In this document: positions 11,781 to 24,386 of the stretch, in pieces | Numbering within the stretch: the first letter of the stretch is position 1 | Layout of the letters: every line of letters begins with the position of its first letter | Assembly (NCBI RefSeq): GCF_038025025.1 | Contig: NW_027117340.1 | Span: 992,001 to 1,056,000 of the forward strand | From: Phyllosticta citribraziliensis | Taxonomy: Eukaryota | Reading direction: 5' to 3' | Length of the DNA stretch: 64,000 bases | The notes under the pieces: model-generated | The model's input: only the letters and a program-made list of their open reading frames with translations | Databases searched by the model: none | What the model was told of the DNA's origin: nothing | Position numbers and translations under genes: made by a program

Positions 11781-14700
11781 TATGAACACCGAAGATCAGA
11801 TGCGCTGATATGGAGGATGCTGATAACATGCGGATAGAGATGCATTGGAAGGGAGAAGGACATCAATGTATATATACTCCATCCCTCTCCTCTCTCCGCA
11901 ACGGCCGCACCCAAGGCACTTGCAAACAAGCCGACCCAGCTTCCCAGAGACTCTCAATCAAAAGTCAATCTGAGAGGCTTCGCACAGGCAAGCCTCGGGA
12001 AGCGCGGAGGGTCAGCACAAGCTGAGCAACAACCAAGCCTCACTGCCAATAGAGGTGCCGAAATTCAAAAAAAGAAAGTAGACTAAGTACAACGCAAAAC
12101 ATGGTTGAAGCCAACAGCACATAGACGGTGGTCCATGCGGTCGAGGGAAGGATGATGGGAGAGCGACGCTGAGCGTCTTGGAGCTTTGAAGTCAATTCAG
12201 ACTTCGTCTCTGAGCAACTGGCAGCACCCCGACCATCGGCATGCTCATTGGCTGGTCGGCGGGCGTGGGGAGCTAAAAATGGTCGGAGGTATGAACAAAG
12301 GCCGTTGCTGGACGGGTGCTCCCAAGAAGTGCGCTGCTTCTGGCGGCTCTCAGTGGCCGGAATGAGAACAACAACCCCGCAGAAGGGGAAGTAGAGCCAG
12401 CGTCCGAGACGTTAGCGGAAGCCGTGCTGACATGCACGTATAAAGCTAGGTTAAAGGGATGCACCCATTCCGATTACATGAAGGAAGCATCGTCGAAGGT
12501 CGCGCCAAGTCCCCGCGAGAACGGATGAACGCTGTTAGCTGTTGGTCCATGTGTCTGCGCACTTAATGTCCGATTAGATTAAGGCTGCCACCTTAGCGGC
12601 GTGATGTCAGTTGGCCCCAGGGCGGCAGCCAGGAAGGGTTCGCATGTCCAGGCGGGAACGCGCCAAACACGGCCAGGGTTGTGCCCATTTGGCTCCGCGC
12701 GGCCACCAAACGACTCATCTGCGAGTGCTTTGGCAGAGCCTCCCTAGGCCGCCAAGGGACTCTCCCGCTTCTCCAACGCTGAACCCCGGCTCTTGTGCCA
12801 GTTGTCCGTCCACCTTCTAGAAGACCTCGCTAATGGAGGCACAAACACCGACATGTGGTGGCTCGTGGCTTTCTCCATCATTTCGACGTTGATACTGTCC
12901 CCGTCGAGTGCCAAAGGCTGGTCTGAGCGCGCTCCCATCTCCCGTTCTAGAGACGTTCTACGCTGCTTCTGCCGCGCCCGCACCCCCCCAATATACCTGA
13001 TGCGACTCATGCCAATTGCCGAAATTGACGTTCGAATCGTGCCCTGCGCAAACAGAGTTGCGCCCTGAGGCCGTGCTGCAAGGGTCCTGGGTGCAACCAA
13101 CTAGCTGCCTGACCTGACTGCCGCTCAACTTGCCCACTCTCCCCCCTTTCGACCATTATAGCCGATGCCTGCAGGCTCCGATAGACAATCGTGCAGCCGC
13201 AGTCTTCCGATTGCCGCAGCCATCCGACCATCAGGAACGTGCTAGTCGCCGTCTAGAGCCGTTGTTTGAAGAGGGACTGGGAAGTGCGAGGATCTGGGTG
13301 GCTAACGCCGACACTGGCCCACAATCCGGTCGTAGTCGTTGCTAACCGGTGATTTTCACGGTCTCGAGATTCTCTGATTTGTCGATTTGTTGGTTTACCT
13401 GACCGACTTTTGGGAATCTGTTCGTGTCGACCAGGTTTTCAAATGATGCGCAGCAGGCAGTCCGGCGCCTCATTCTGCCTCCACTTGCACATTGCCTCGG
13501 CCGCCCTTGAACGCTGCGGTTGAATTGCGAGCAGGGATATCTTGATGGCTTGCTTCGTGACCTCCTGCAGGCGGTGTTTGCTTTTGCTGCGAGCGGGTTG
13601 TGCAACAGCAAAGTCAAGGTGGAGCAAAAAGGAGTTTGTCGAAGCTGAGAGACTCTCCAACCTTAAGTCTGGCAAGTCGAACATTTCACGTCATCGATAA
13701 ACCAAAAGCGTAGAAGCATAAAGCTAAAGAGCGTTGAGCATAATAGGTCGAGGCTTGGTAAAGGCTCTTGAGTCGTCCCAATTGAGGTCTGAAGAGGGAA
13801 TAGACGGCGCGAGTGTTTTGTTGCTTGTTGTGTTTCTGTTACTCAGCATAGCCAGGTGGGAAACATTACCAGTCGTAGCGTCTCGAAGGCAGCTTTGCCG
13901 CTGGAAGCTTGCAGAAATCGCAGGCGTAGCCATGGCACGGACGATGCTCATATGACACCAAAGGCTCTCACAAGCTTGGCGATACGAGAAGCATGGTGCA
14001 ACGGTCGCGATGCCGCAGCAAAAGAAGCCAATCGCCATCGCCTTGGTGACTGTCGGCGGAGAAAGTTGCATGGCTGGCAGATCATGACACGCCGCGACCC
14101 GCACGAGACGGGAGACCAAAATAGGCCACTTTGCAGTGATGAATGACCCAGACAAGTATTTTTCAAGGTCTTTACCGTCGCGAGCTGGTAAAGTGGCGGC
14201 TTCGGTCCATCGTTGAAGGGGATAAGTCATCACGTCCTGCTTCGCTCGGTTTCGGGTCTTATCTGCGAAAAGAACTGCATCAGCGTGTCTTTCTTTGAGA
14301 GGAGAATTAAGTGTTTACGACGCCAAAATATTTCACGTCTTTCAAACCACACACATGCCCAAATTGCCCTCCTCCAGCATCACGCAGCAAGTAAGGCTAC
14401 ACGCATGACCGCCTCAAAGAGTAGGACGGCTAAAGATAAGGCAATGTACCTAACCTGCAAACGTCGTATTTACCGTCGTATTTAAGCTCACTAGATCTAT
14501 AGCCTAGTTTGGCGCAGTGACCCTTGGCACTGTCAAATGTTTAAGGTTGTTTTTGATGCTTGACGCAGTCAAGCTGTCCGAAGCGAGCGACCGCCGCCCG
14601 CAAAGTTCGGGACAAGTCTGGGCGATGCTACCGAAGCCCGAAGCGCATGACTGCGAAAGTTTGCTTGTAGACGCCTGCCGGAATACGAGGTGTTGGCGTT

Positions 14701-15289
14701 GTTGATGCCTTATTGCGGCAGTGTTGGCACCAGAACACGCCTTGTCTTGCTGTCGCCCACGTCGCTCACTTAGGTCTGGAAGGTTGGAGCAGATGTCTCA
14801 CGCGGTTTGAGTGACATGCTGGCCTTTCGAAAGTGTTGCCAAGCGGATGGAGGAGGTGTCGGTAGGTGTTGGTGGTGGGTGCAAGAAGCGTGGCTTGGTA
14901 GCGACCGGGAAAAGCAAACGAGAATCTTCAAAGCCGCAGTCCGTCGCCAATGACACGAGTGGGTTTATGGAGCCTCAATCGTCCACATTTCAAGTCGCCA
15001 GGCGCTGATAATGCAGCGTCGAGCAAAAAAATCAAAGTGTCGCTTGTTGGATCCGGCGTCTGCAGCCGATGCAGCCTCGCGTGCGTTACGCCATTTCGCA
15101 CCGGTCAAACTTCGGAAGGCAGTGACGTCGTCCACTAGCGCCCCTGCAACGGTTTAGCGCCCCGTTCTCGCCCATTTTGCAGCGCAAAGCTCCCACGCCT
15201 CAGAACACTGGCAAAACAACCCAAATTCAATCCCACATGCAATGACATAGTTAAAAATACTATAGAAAGCCTCACAAGGCCAAAAAGAA

Positions 15290-15380
15290 TACCCCACGCG
15301 GGACTCGAACCCGCAGCCTCGAGATTTCGGGATTTTGAACGACTTAGAAGTCTCGCGCGCTACCATTGCGCCAGTGGGGC
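15290..15380 (-). tRNA. tRNA-Arg(UCU) with a short intron
   Basis: Acceptor stem GCCCCAC/GTGGGGT, D-arm TGGCGCAATGGTAGCGC, anticodon stem CGAGA-CT-TCT-A, an intron of about 19 nt, T-loop GGTTCGAGTCC, and a downstream T-run Pol III terminator. Confidence 0.95.
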
Positions 15381-16733
15381 TTCGTTGTTGAAATTTGGTT
15401 CACTAAGCTGCATTATCATTAATAGTTTATTCTGGAGAGCATGGTGAGCTCCTAAACCAACATATTTAAGGCCTGGAGTGACTGGTGGGGCGTAATCGTC
15501 GAAGTGTAGGTAAGAAGAGAGAGACAAGCTTGGGTGCGGACGCCCGGGGCCGGGGGCGCAACGTCCTTATCAAAGCTCTCGCCTGTGACACAGTGATCCA
15601 ATTGGTCCATTCAAGACAGCACGCAAGCACAGGCCGACCAATCAGCAACGGTTCGCTATTGCCATGCAAGTAAGCGTTGTTGCTGCAGGTACCGCGACTG
15701 ACACTGCGCAGTACTCGGATTTTTAGCTGTCGTTGTGGCTTTGCTTTCTATTCCGCGTTTGTCTTGTTTGCGGAAAGATCCTCCAGGCTTACGGTGTGAT
15801 AGGCTACTCGATTCGTTGCTAAATCGATCTTCTGGTCACTCTGAAACGTCATCGCTGCGGGCTTTGAGATCCCGCAAAGCACACCGGCAACTTCTCTATA
15901 TTCCCACTATAATGATGGCTTCACACATCGCTGCATCACACAGATGCACTTCTATTGCCTGCTCACTAAAAGGGTGACTGTCTTTCGATGACTGAATTTC
16001 CTTCCGCATAGTGCGGTCGTAAAACTCCGTGGAGCTTGTTGGGATCTTTTCCGAAGAGAGTTTCACCTCACTGCTTGCACGATGATTGTTTTCGTGGCCA
16101 AACATCACCGCAACTGGCGGAGAATCTAGCTGACGTCTGATCGACGATTTGGTTCATCGTGGGCGTGTCGAGACTGCTAAAGGGGACAGGTTGAATCTAA
16201 CGCCGCACCGTTCGCACGCACAGAAATTAGACATAGCCGTCTGACGCCAGCACAGGCATCTCTCAAGCGCACTGCAATTTTCCCTCGGCATTCTGGGTCA
16301 GACATTGTCCGCTTACCGTGAGACATTGCTGGCAGGCCAGCGGTCACAGCAAAGACGAATGTCCACAGGGCAAAAAAACGAGAATGGGAAGAAGTTTCAG
16401 CGACTCTTCTGAAGGAGATGGGAAGCGGGCATTTTTGCTGCGTGCTACAACACAACCAAGAGCAGAACCCCTTTTCACCCCCCTGTCCCTCTCCGAACGG
16501 TGCGGGCGCCTTCAGATAGCTTGCGACCGCTGCCCGCCATTTTCTCTGCCCGTCCTCTTTGACTCCCTGGCTACTCCTCACTCGTGCACAGAACCAACGA
16601 GCCTCCCTACAGTGTTATTCCTTCCAAAATCCCCCCCACACTCCACGACGCTGCTTGTGGCAGCTAAGCCTCAGATGACATCTGGTGTTTTCACTGCAGA
16701 GGCCAGTGGGACTCACATATCCAACATAGATCT

Positions 16734-16807
16734 AGGAGAGAGAGGGGGAGAGAGAGGGGGAGAGAGAGAGGGAGAGAGAGAGGGAGAGAGAGAGAGAGAG
16801 AGGGGAA
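16734..16807 (+). repeat. Homopurine (GA)n/GGGGA compound microsatellite
   Basis: About 74 consecutive purines (AGGAGAGAGAGGGGGAGAGAGAGGGGG...). Confidence 0.95.
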
Positions 16808-16947
16808 TACCACGCAAATCAGCAGCGTCCTTAAACCTGCATCTTTGCGCAAAAGGCCTCCTGTAGTCTTTGCAGTGCTCGCTGGCGCCCAGGTTCGTGG
16901 TTAATTGCGGTCCAGCACGCGCACGTAGACTCTGGCCAGAAGCCCCC

Positions 16948-18656
16948 TCAACGCGTCGGGCTCTGCGTCAGGCGTGAGGAACGGTACTGAAAAGACTGGT
17001 CCAAGTCCATGCCAGCTCTGCTGCCGTCTTCGCCGTCTTGTCCGTCAGCTGTGACGGGCAGAGGCAGCAAAGCGAAGCGTTCGTCTGTGACATCGCAGCC
17101 GTCACCGTCTTCAACTGCTCGAAGGCCAGGAAGGGAGTCTGCGCCATTGGCACACTGCTTCGCTGGTGTCGAGATGCCATCGCCAGGGCCAGAGGCGTAG
17201 GCGTAGGCGTAGGCGTCTTGTCGCAGCGGCAGTGAAAGAGACGGAAGCTCATACGCAACGCCTTCGTCTTGCCTCTGCTGCGCCGTGGTCCGACACCTCT
17301 TCCTCTTCGCCCTCCCGCCACTCTTCTGCGTCATGGTGATGGACTCGATCTCCCCGGCCATCTGCGACGGCAAAGCCTCATCCGCAGGCGCTGAGCCGTC
17401 GGGATAGTACAGCGACCTACATCCAAATCAGCACCGCCGAACGCAACCCAACCCAGCATCCTCCCACTCATGAAACCAGCAGCGCCAGCCAAGCCGTTCG
17501 AGGCCCTGATGCGAAAAGACTGCGAGAGAGGAAAAGAAAGCGCACAACGAACCGTCTGACGATATCCGCGGCATCGCGCTCGCCCACCCCATGCACGCGC
17601 CGCACGTGCTGTTTAAAATTGTCGCGGCGCGGCCATATCTTGCCGCTGCGCGTGCAGCCGGGCCCGACGCAGCGGAACGAGGGTGTCATGGACGGTGCTG
17701 CTGGCCTCCTCGTCGACGCTGTAGCAGCGGCGTTTTTGGAGTTTGAGTTGGAGGAGGAGGTGGTGATGGTGGAGAAGGTGGAAGTGTTGTGTATCGCCAT
17801 CATCTCTTCCGGATGCACGCTCTTCTTGTGCCGGTTCAAGTCGTTGACAGTCGTGAAGCCGAGGTTCTTGCCGCGCGCGCAGCCCGGGACGCTGCACGTG
17901 AAGGGCTTGCAGTGCTTGCGGCGGTCTTTTCTGCGTACGTCACCTCCTGCTTAGTTCATCTTGCCTTTAAGCGATGGAGTAGGAAATGCCAGCGACAGAA
18001 AAGGGGGGAGTCGGGTTTTACGAGGATAGAGAACTGGATGGGGATGTAAGTAAGTAAGATGGATACGCACTTGAGATCCGACGCACACTTGAAGTTGCAA
18101 TGACAAGTGCGGCAGTGAAACCGCTTCGTCCTGGTCTTCGTCCCCATCGTCATCGTCATTGGCAACGCCATTGCGTTCTCGTCCTCCCCTGGCGCCGCTC
18201 CGTCGCACTCACGGCAAGATGCCGCTCCAATCCCGTCCCCTTGGACAGAACGAACCCCCCTAGCCACCCCGCCACCCCGGCCGCTCCCATCAGACAGTGC
18301 CATTGCTGCAGATCGATCCAAAGGCGACGTCTCAGAGACGGCAGAGACGTCGCTGGTGGCGCGGAACTGGGGAGCTGGCTCTGGAACTGGCACATCGGGA
18401 GCGAGTAGCGGCGCTAGGCCTGCCCATTCGCTCGTCGTTGCTTGCACGCTGCTCCATGGGCCGTCGGCGTCGCGATAGAAGCGCGCGATGGGGTCTGCGA
18501 AGATTTGGTCGTTGTCGCTGCTCAGAGGGAATGGTCGGTGTTGAGGTGGGAACGCATGATTTAACAAAGAGTCTCGCTCCTGGTGAAATGGAACGCCATG
18601 AACCTCAAAACGGATCGCTGGCTCGAGTCTTGAGACTGTCCGGCTAAGGAAGCCAT
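16948..18656 (-). CDS. C2H2 zinc-finger protein with three fingers, the first degenerate; 5' exon uncertain
   Basis: Spliced reading gives FHCRTCHCNFKCASDLK|KDRRKHCKPFTCSVPGCARGKNLGFTTVNDLNRHKKSVH and FRCVGPGCTRSGKIWPRRDNFKQHVRRVH. Introns near 18070-17934 and 17533-17418. The start at 18656 needs a weak GTTCAT donor. Confidence 0.75.
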
Positions 18657-19606
18657 GCTGCGGGATCGGGTTTGCGGACCTGGTGGCAGGTGAACGATGG
18701 TATGGATCAAGCTGTGGCGGTATTGTTGGTAAGTGGCGAAAGGCGTGGTGGTCTGGTTCAGTCCAGACGGGGCAATATGACTACAAGCTATCTATCAATA
18801 AAGAGTCTGCAGCCCAAAGAGGGGTTATATATGTTACCGACGCAGCGCCATATGCAGCAAAGGCGGGAAAGGTCGCCTGGGACATGTCTTGAAATCAAGA
18901 CGACGACGACGACGCGGAGGCGATGCAGAGAAGTAATATCCAGGCATAAGGCTGGGGACCAAGCGCAGGGACCAAAAACAGATGGTCAAGGACGGCAACG
19001 CAAGGCCAACGCAACGCAACGCAGAACAAAGGCGTTCCCGCCAGAGCGGTTGGACAAACAGAACAACAGAACAACAGACAGGCAGGTAGGAGGGACCATC
19101 ATGACACATTAGTAGTCTTGCGCCTTGTTCACCGCCGGACGGGCAGACGACAGCCTCTCTGTGTTTTGATTGCACAAGAGCCGCAGTAGCGCGCCCGACA
19201 CTGTGAGATTGAGGCACAGACGAACGAAGACCCGTCGACTCACAGCCACTTGCTGCCTGCCTGCCTGCCAGCCTGCTTGCCCTGCTGATGGATGCGGCTG
19301 CGCCTTGAGCGAGCCTTGCTGCAACCCTGCCTCCAGTCAGAGCTTGGGAACGTCTTGCTCTCGGTCAATTGCATCACGACCCTAGATTTCTGGGGCCAAA
19401 ACTCGAGAGCGGAAAACGCCGCTTACACCCATGGCTCTACTGTTTGGGATACTGGGTTCTGTCACTCATGTGCATTCCATCCGTCCCCGAAAGCGTGAAT
19501 GGAAGGAAATTGATCCAAATAGGGGCTTAGCCAAAGCAGACCATACTATGTACAAAGGTTGGAGTCTGCAGAGCTTCCCCAAACGCGATTTCCCCTTGCG
19601 TGTTCG

Positions 19607-22600
19607 TTACAGTCCTGGGTAAAATCCCTGCTGCTGCTGCTGCTGCTGCCTCGTGTACGACGTAGCAAACAGTTCGAAGTCATCCTCTACAAACTGCATC
19701 GTGTCACCTTGTCCATACGGCATCGAGGCGGCCGTGAACGTCCCATTATCCGCATAGAGATTCGTAGGTAGGTCTGCTCCAAAAGATGGAGCTTCCACTG
19801 GGGACTGGTACACTTGCCCTGACGGCACAATGTCAGTGACCAACGCTGGAGCTGCTTGAGGATATCCGTCATGCAGTTGCTCTTGCGCATAGAATTCATT
19901 GTTTGCAAATGTGCGTGGTTTGTGACCGTAGGGGCTGAGGCAGGACTGATTTGCAAAGCCGGTACCATTATCGACTGCGTAAGTCGACAGATGCTGCTGT
20001 GAGACCTGGAGCGGCTGTGATCGTGGGCTGGCAATTTGCGGGGGCGGGTATGTCATGTTGTTTGACGGCGATGTACCCAGAGTGTTTGTCAGGTCGGAGG
20101 AGTAGCCAAGTTGCCAATCCCTCGACGGCGCATTGACTGCCAGATTGAATCCATGGCCAGCCATGTCACCCACAGGTGGAGTGACAGCAGACTTGGCTCG
20201 GCGTCGTTGAACTGGATTGATCTCGACAGGACCGAGGATTGTGTCCGCGTCAACGTCGTGACTTTCAACCAACTGAGTGATGGGCATGCTCATCACCTCC
20301 ATATGCCTTGCCAGGTGGGAAAACACGGACTTCCAGCTGGTAGACCGAACGCCGCAAAAGCGACACGGTTCGTCTTCTGGTTCCGACGACTTTTCATGGC
20401 GGCAAAGATTGACAATCAACCAAACTTTGTCTGACTGGTTGCCTGGGCCGGAGAAGTCCTCAATGCCCTTTTCCCAATCGAGCAGGTATTGCAGACGATG
20501 TCCTGCACGTACGTGGGCAACCGTGTCCTTGAAACTTTTGGTTTTTGGTTCGTTATCAGGCCCTGGCACTTTGTGCTCGCGGAGGAGATGTTGCAAGAAG
20601 TTGGACTTGCGGGCGACTTCTTTTCCACAGTCGCGCCAGTTGCATTTGAACATTTCCAGTTGCCGGTGCTTCTCCATTTCATGCCGCTTCCAGTCGGCTT
20701 TCCTGCCCCACGTCTTGCCGCAATCGCAATCCTGAAAAGTGCAGAAATAGGGTTGGACGTCGTCTCGTACATGCTGCGTCCAGTCTGACGGTCTCAAAAA
20801 TTCCCTAACTTCGAAACAGAACGGACATTCGAATTGTGCTGGTAGTCGTCTCATTGGAGGAATGGGCTCTCCCTTTTTTAGTTCGGAGACTTGTACGGTC
20901 CCGCCTTCGTCGAGGTCTTCTTCCTCTTCATCGAAAGGAGAACGTATTCGAAAGCCGCCGGACGTTGTCTTGCCATCCTTGCCTACTCGCAAGGGAAGAA
21001 CTTTGGGTTTGCCCCCAAGGGCAGGACAGAATGTTCTGGAACAGGCTCCACGCTTGACTCGTCTCAAATGCTGGGCTTTCTGCTCCAAAAGCTGTTTGTA
21101 TCGTCTGTAATGAAGTTCGGCGGCACGCTTGACGATGAAGTCTTCAATCTGGAATGTTGTCGAGTCTTGATTCCGGCCCCTGCTAGCCTCAATGGCGTTC
21201 TTGGCGAATCCGTCCAATGTCGGGACCGCAGGCCATTCAACTTGCGGTGGGGCATGGGTTTCCTCGTCGCTACCATCCGAGTCGCCATCATGTGGGCTTT
21301 CAGGACGCAAAGGGATCATGGGCGGGCCGCCGATACCAGTAATGAGCTCAGACAGACTTGGTTGAGCTTGACTTGGACTCCTGCTTCGGGTTATCGCCCC
21401 TTTGATGTTCCTGAAGGAAGGGAACAGGTTATCCCCGTGAGATCCGCTGCCTCTGGAGTGATTGGTAGGTCTTCCCTCGACTTTTGGGGACTTGGGACGG
21501 CTCCAGCTGCCGCTGCGCTTGACAGGTCCGTTGACTTTGGTGTCCAGCGACAAACTGTGTTTGGGACCCGTGGTTGAGGGAGGGCTCTTCTTCTTCAAGA
21601 GGCTGGGAGTTCTCTTGAACGTGTCCAAGATGCTGCTTTTCCGTGGACGATTGGAAGGTGTGATTTGTTTTGATATGCCGCCACTCGACCAAATGCTAGC
21701 AAGCTCAGACTCGCTCCTGCGACGTGTGCGAAATGAACTTATGGTCGCCGTGACAGAGGCCGTCTCGATGTCCCTGGCCCTGGCCTGGAACCTCTGCATC
21801 GCGGCGCTTGACGATTCCGGTTGGTATTTGTTGTCCCAGGTTGGCTGCCGTGGGAGGTCATTCCACGGCTGTATCCGCTGCGGAAGCATGTCGTAAGTGT
21901 CCTTTCGCGGGATTCGGGGAAAGTACGACTCGTCCTCCTTTGCATCCTTGATTTCCACATTTGCTGCAGGGGATTCTGGCGGCTCGGTAGGCTTCGATTG
22001 TAACAAGCGAGAAGGTTCGTCAACACGGCGTGTGTCGACACCAGATTCGTCTGGTGGTAGGGCATCGGCTTCACCTGGTGCGCGATCGACGTGACTGGAG
22101 TCAGTCCTGTCTGTATCGGTGAGCCATTTGTGGACCTCCTCCTTTTTGTCGTCGGCAATGCGCAATTTTTCCATTTCATTGATGGATGGGATGAGGGCGT
22201 CGTTGACATTGCTCCGCTCCTCTGGGCCGATCCCAGCGAGACCGGACGTGGAATCGCGTCTCCATGAACCGTCTTCATCACGTTGCGCATGCGATTGAGA
22301 GTGCGACACGTCCATGCCGCGTTGCGAATCTTCATCAGAGGTCGCTTCGGCGTCGTATGGGGACAGATGGGAACCCAAGGTCCTGCCTCCATTGCTCTTC
22401 TTTCCCAAGTAGCGGTTGATCTCGGAGCCCGAGGGGGAGTTGGCTCGACTGCAGCTCTGAACGTGAATCTCGGGACTGATTATGGAAGGTTGGTGCTCAT
22501 CAAAGAGATCGATTGAGCCTGGTGCAGGGCTGTCTGTCCCTGCTGGAGTGTGCTGTTGCTGCGGTGCAGGCAGGCCCCAAGCGTAATCGCCTTGGGCAAA

Positions 22601-23158
22601 TTGCGGGAAAGATCTTGGAGGGACACGCGATGATTGGGGCCCACTGGCCGACGTTACAAACTCGATGCTTGACCTGGGGCTCGAGTGGTTGGTGGTGCAC
22701 GGTGACATTAGTTGATTTCCGTGGTGAGTTTGTCGAAAAAAAGGAGGGTGGAGATTGCCATTCGCGAAAGTCGAGTCGGCTTTGGACACGAAGGGGCCAT
22801 GAGGCACAGCTGGAGGATTCTGGAGGCCAACTGGGTAGTCGGCGTCGTCCAGTGGCAGCAAACCATCCAGAAGCAGGTCGTGGTCGAGGTTTGGAGTAGC
22901 CTGGGTACTGGCATTGAATTGGGGATCAGAAGACCATCCGGGAGTCATGTCGCCCTGCAACGAGGAGAGGTCTGGCGAATACATGGTGGCGGTCGCGCAA
23001 AAGGAAGCTGAAGCATTGGGGTCGTGACCGGGCGACATGTTCAAGACTGGCGGAGACTTTGTCGCATGTCTGCTCGTCGAAGTTGAGCGGCTGACGGAGG
23101 AATCTGGGAGACAGGTGGAGCCGTCTCTGGAGAAGTTGGCGGCGAAATAACCGTCCAT
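19607..23158 (-). CDS. Large C2H2 zinc-finger transcription factor (1183 aa)
   Basis: Single ORF with fingers FECPFCF...DWTQHVRDDVQPYFCTFQDC...WKRHEMEKH, FKCNWRDC...FLQHLLREH and CRFCG...SHLARHME. Confidence 0.92.
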   Translation of the reverse strand: MDGYFAANFSRDGSTCLPDSSVSRSTSTSRHATKSPPVLNMSPGHDPNASASFCATATMYSPDLSSLQGDMTPGWSSDPQFNASTQATPNLDHDLLLDGLLPLDDADYPVGLQNPPAVPHGPFVSKADSTFANGNLHPPFFRQTHHGNQLMSPCTTNHSSPRSSIEFVTSASGPQSSRVPPRSFPQFAQGDYAWGLPAPQQQHTPAGTDSPAPGSIDLFDEHQPSIISPEIHVQSCSRANSPSGSEINRYLGKKSNGGRTLGSHLSPYDAEATSDEDSQRGMDVSHSQSHAQRDEDGSWRRDSTSGLAGIGPEERSNVNDALIPSINEMEKLRIADDKKEEVHKWLTDTDRTDSSHVDRAPGEADALPPDESGVDTRRVDEPSRLLQSKPTEPPESPAANVEIKDAKEDESYFPRIPRKDTYDMLPQRIQPWNDLPRQPTWDNKYQPESSSAAMQRFQARARDIETASVTATISSFRTRRRSESELASIWSSGGISKQITPSNRPRKSSILDTFKRTPSLLKKKSPPSTTGPKHSLSLDTKVNGPVKRSGSWSRPKSPKVEGRPTNHSRGSGSHGDNLFPSFRNIKGAITRSRSPSQAQPSLSELITGIGGPPMIPLRPESPHDGDSDGSDEETHAPPQVEWPAVPTLDGFAKNAIEASRGRNQDSTTFQIEDFIVKRAAELHYRRYKQLLEQKAQHLRRVKRGACSRTFCPALGGKPKVLPLRVGKDGKTTSGGFRIRSPFDEEEEDLDEGGTVQVSELKKGEPIPPMRRLPAQFECPFCFEVREFLRPSDWTQHVRDDVQPYFCTFQDCDCGKTWGRKADWKRHEMEKHRQLEMFKCNWRDCGKEVARKSNFLQHLLREHKVPGPDNEPKTKSFKDTVAHVRAGHRLQYLLDWEKGIEDFSGPGNQSDKVWLIVNLCRHEKSSEPEDEPCRFCGVRSTSWKSVFSHLARHMEVMSMPITQLVESHDVDADTILGPVEINPVQRRRAKSAVTPPVGDMAGHGFNLAVNAPSRDWQLGYSSDLTNTLGTSPSNNMTYPPPQIASPRSQPLQVSQQHLSTYAVDNGTGFANQSCLSPYGHKPRTFANNEFYAQEQLHDGYPQAAPALVTDIVPSGQVYQSPVEAPSFGADLPTNLYADNGTFTAASMPYGQGDTMQFVEDDFELFATSYTRQQQQQQQGFYPGL

Positions 23159-24386
23159 GATGGTGCCGGATCTTTGGGCTGCTGCCGCGGGGGGCGACGA
23201 TCATTCGGACGCAGAAAGACTCGGGAAGGGAATCAAGCGCGTAAGCGCTGGAGGATGACGGTCGCAGCAGTCGATTGGGTGGCGCAACGAAGGGTGGTGG
23301 AGCGCGCAGGTGACGGGACTCGGCGGCGGAGGAGATGCCAATAACAGTACGGCGAGAGTCGAGCGAAGCGAAGGGACATGGATATGAAGAGACGACGGAG
23401 GGAGAGAGCGGAGGGACGACGACTTTGATGGCCTTGGGCGCTTCGCGCTGGCGAGAGGAGCGATTGGTCTTTGCATGGCGGCATCAGGCATGATTTCCGG
23501 TGGCTCAGGACGTGGACGGTGGTGGCACAAGAGTGAGCAGGCTGAAGTCGAGGCGGACATGGAGGCAGCAGTGTGGCTCGGTGTTGGTGTTTGCCTAGAG
23601 CGACCACCGCAGAGCCTCACTCCATCGTGGGAGCTGTGGGTATGTACAAGGAGATGGGTGGTCTGCTGTCCCGTCGTCGATTCCGTCCGTCGCGCCGTTC
23701 CTTATCGGGCATGGCCCCAAGGGTTCCACCACGTTGCAGCTGAGCTGAGCGAGCGGCTGCATCCCTATGTAGACCCCACTGCACCGTGGTACCTTGCCGT
23801 GGTGAAGAATCTCGCAGCGCGCCTTCGTTCGGCCGTGGGCGCTGCAACACCACCGGGGAAAAGCGAGGCGTGTCGTTGAAAAAAGCCTGGAGGCGGACCA
23901 CGCGCTATCAATGGATCCATCCATCGAGTGACGACGACGCGCGCATCACTGGAGGCGTAAGGTAGGGCCTCCCCAGGCCGGTCTAGCGCGGCGGACGAAG
24001 GGAGAGCAGGTGGAGGGGTCTCCCTTGACCCTCGAAGACCTAACCCGATGTAAACAATGCGAGAAGACCTACATGGCCTTTATTCCGTACTTCACCGCTC
24101 CACCCCCCATCCCCCCATTCCTCCCCGCTCGCCTGGACGCTGCTTCTTCTCCACGTTGCGCTTCTAGCTGATCTCTGGCTTTGGCTTTGGCTTCCATTTG
24201 GTCCTTTCTGCATGTGACGGACATCAAAACCCACCCACCCACCGCACTACAAGTAGCTCCGTCGAGAACCTCCGCCCTCGACAAATTGCACGCCTCGACA
24301 ATCTCCTTGTCCTCTCCTCCAAAACCTCAATCCTTTGCACCCTTCCCTACCATTGAAAAAGAAGAGGCAAAAAATTGTAACAAAAA

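Noticed and set aside
13724..14233. 169-aa minus-strand ORF
   Set aside because: No motifs, codon bias or convincing splice context.
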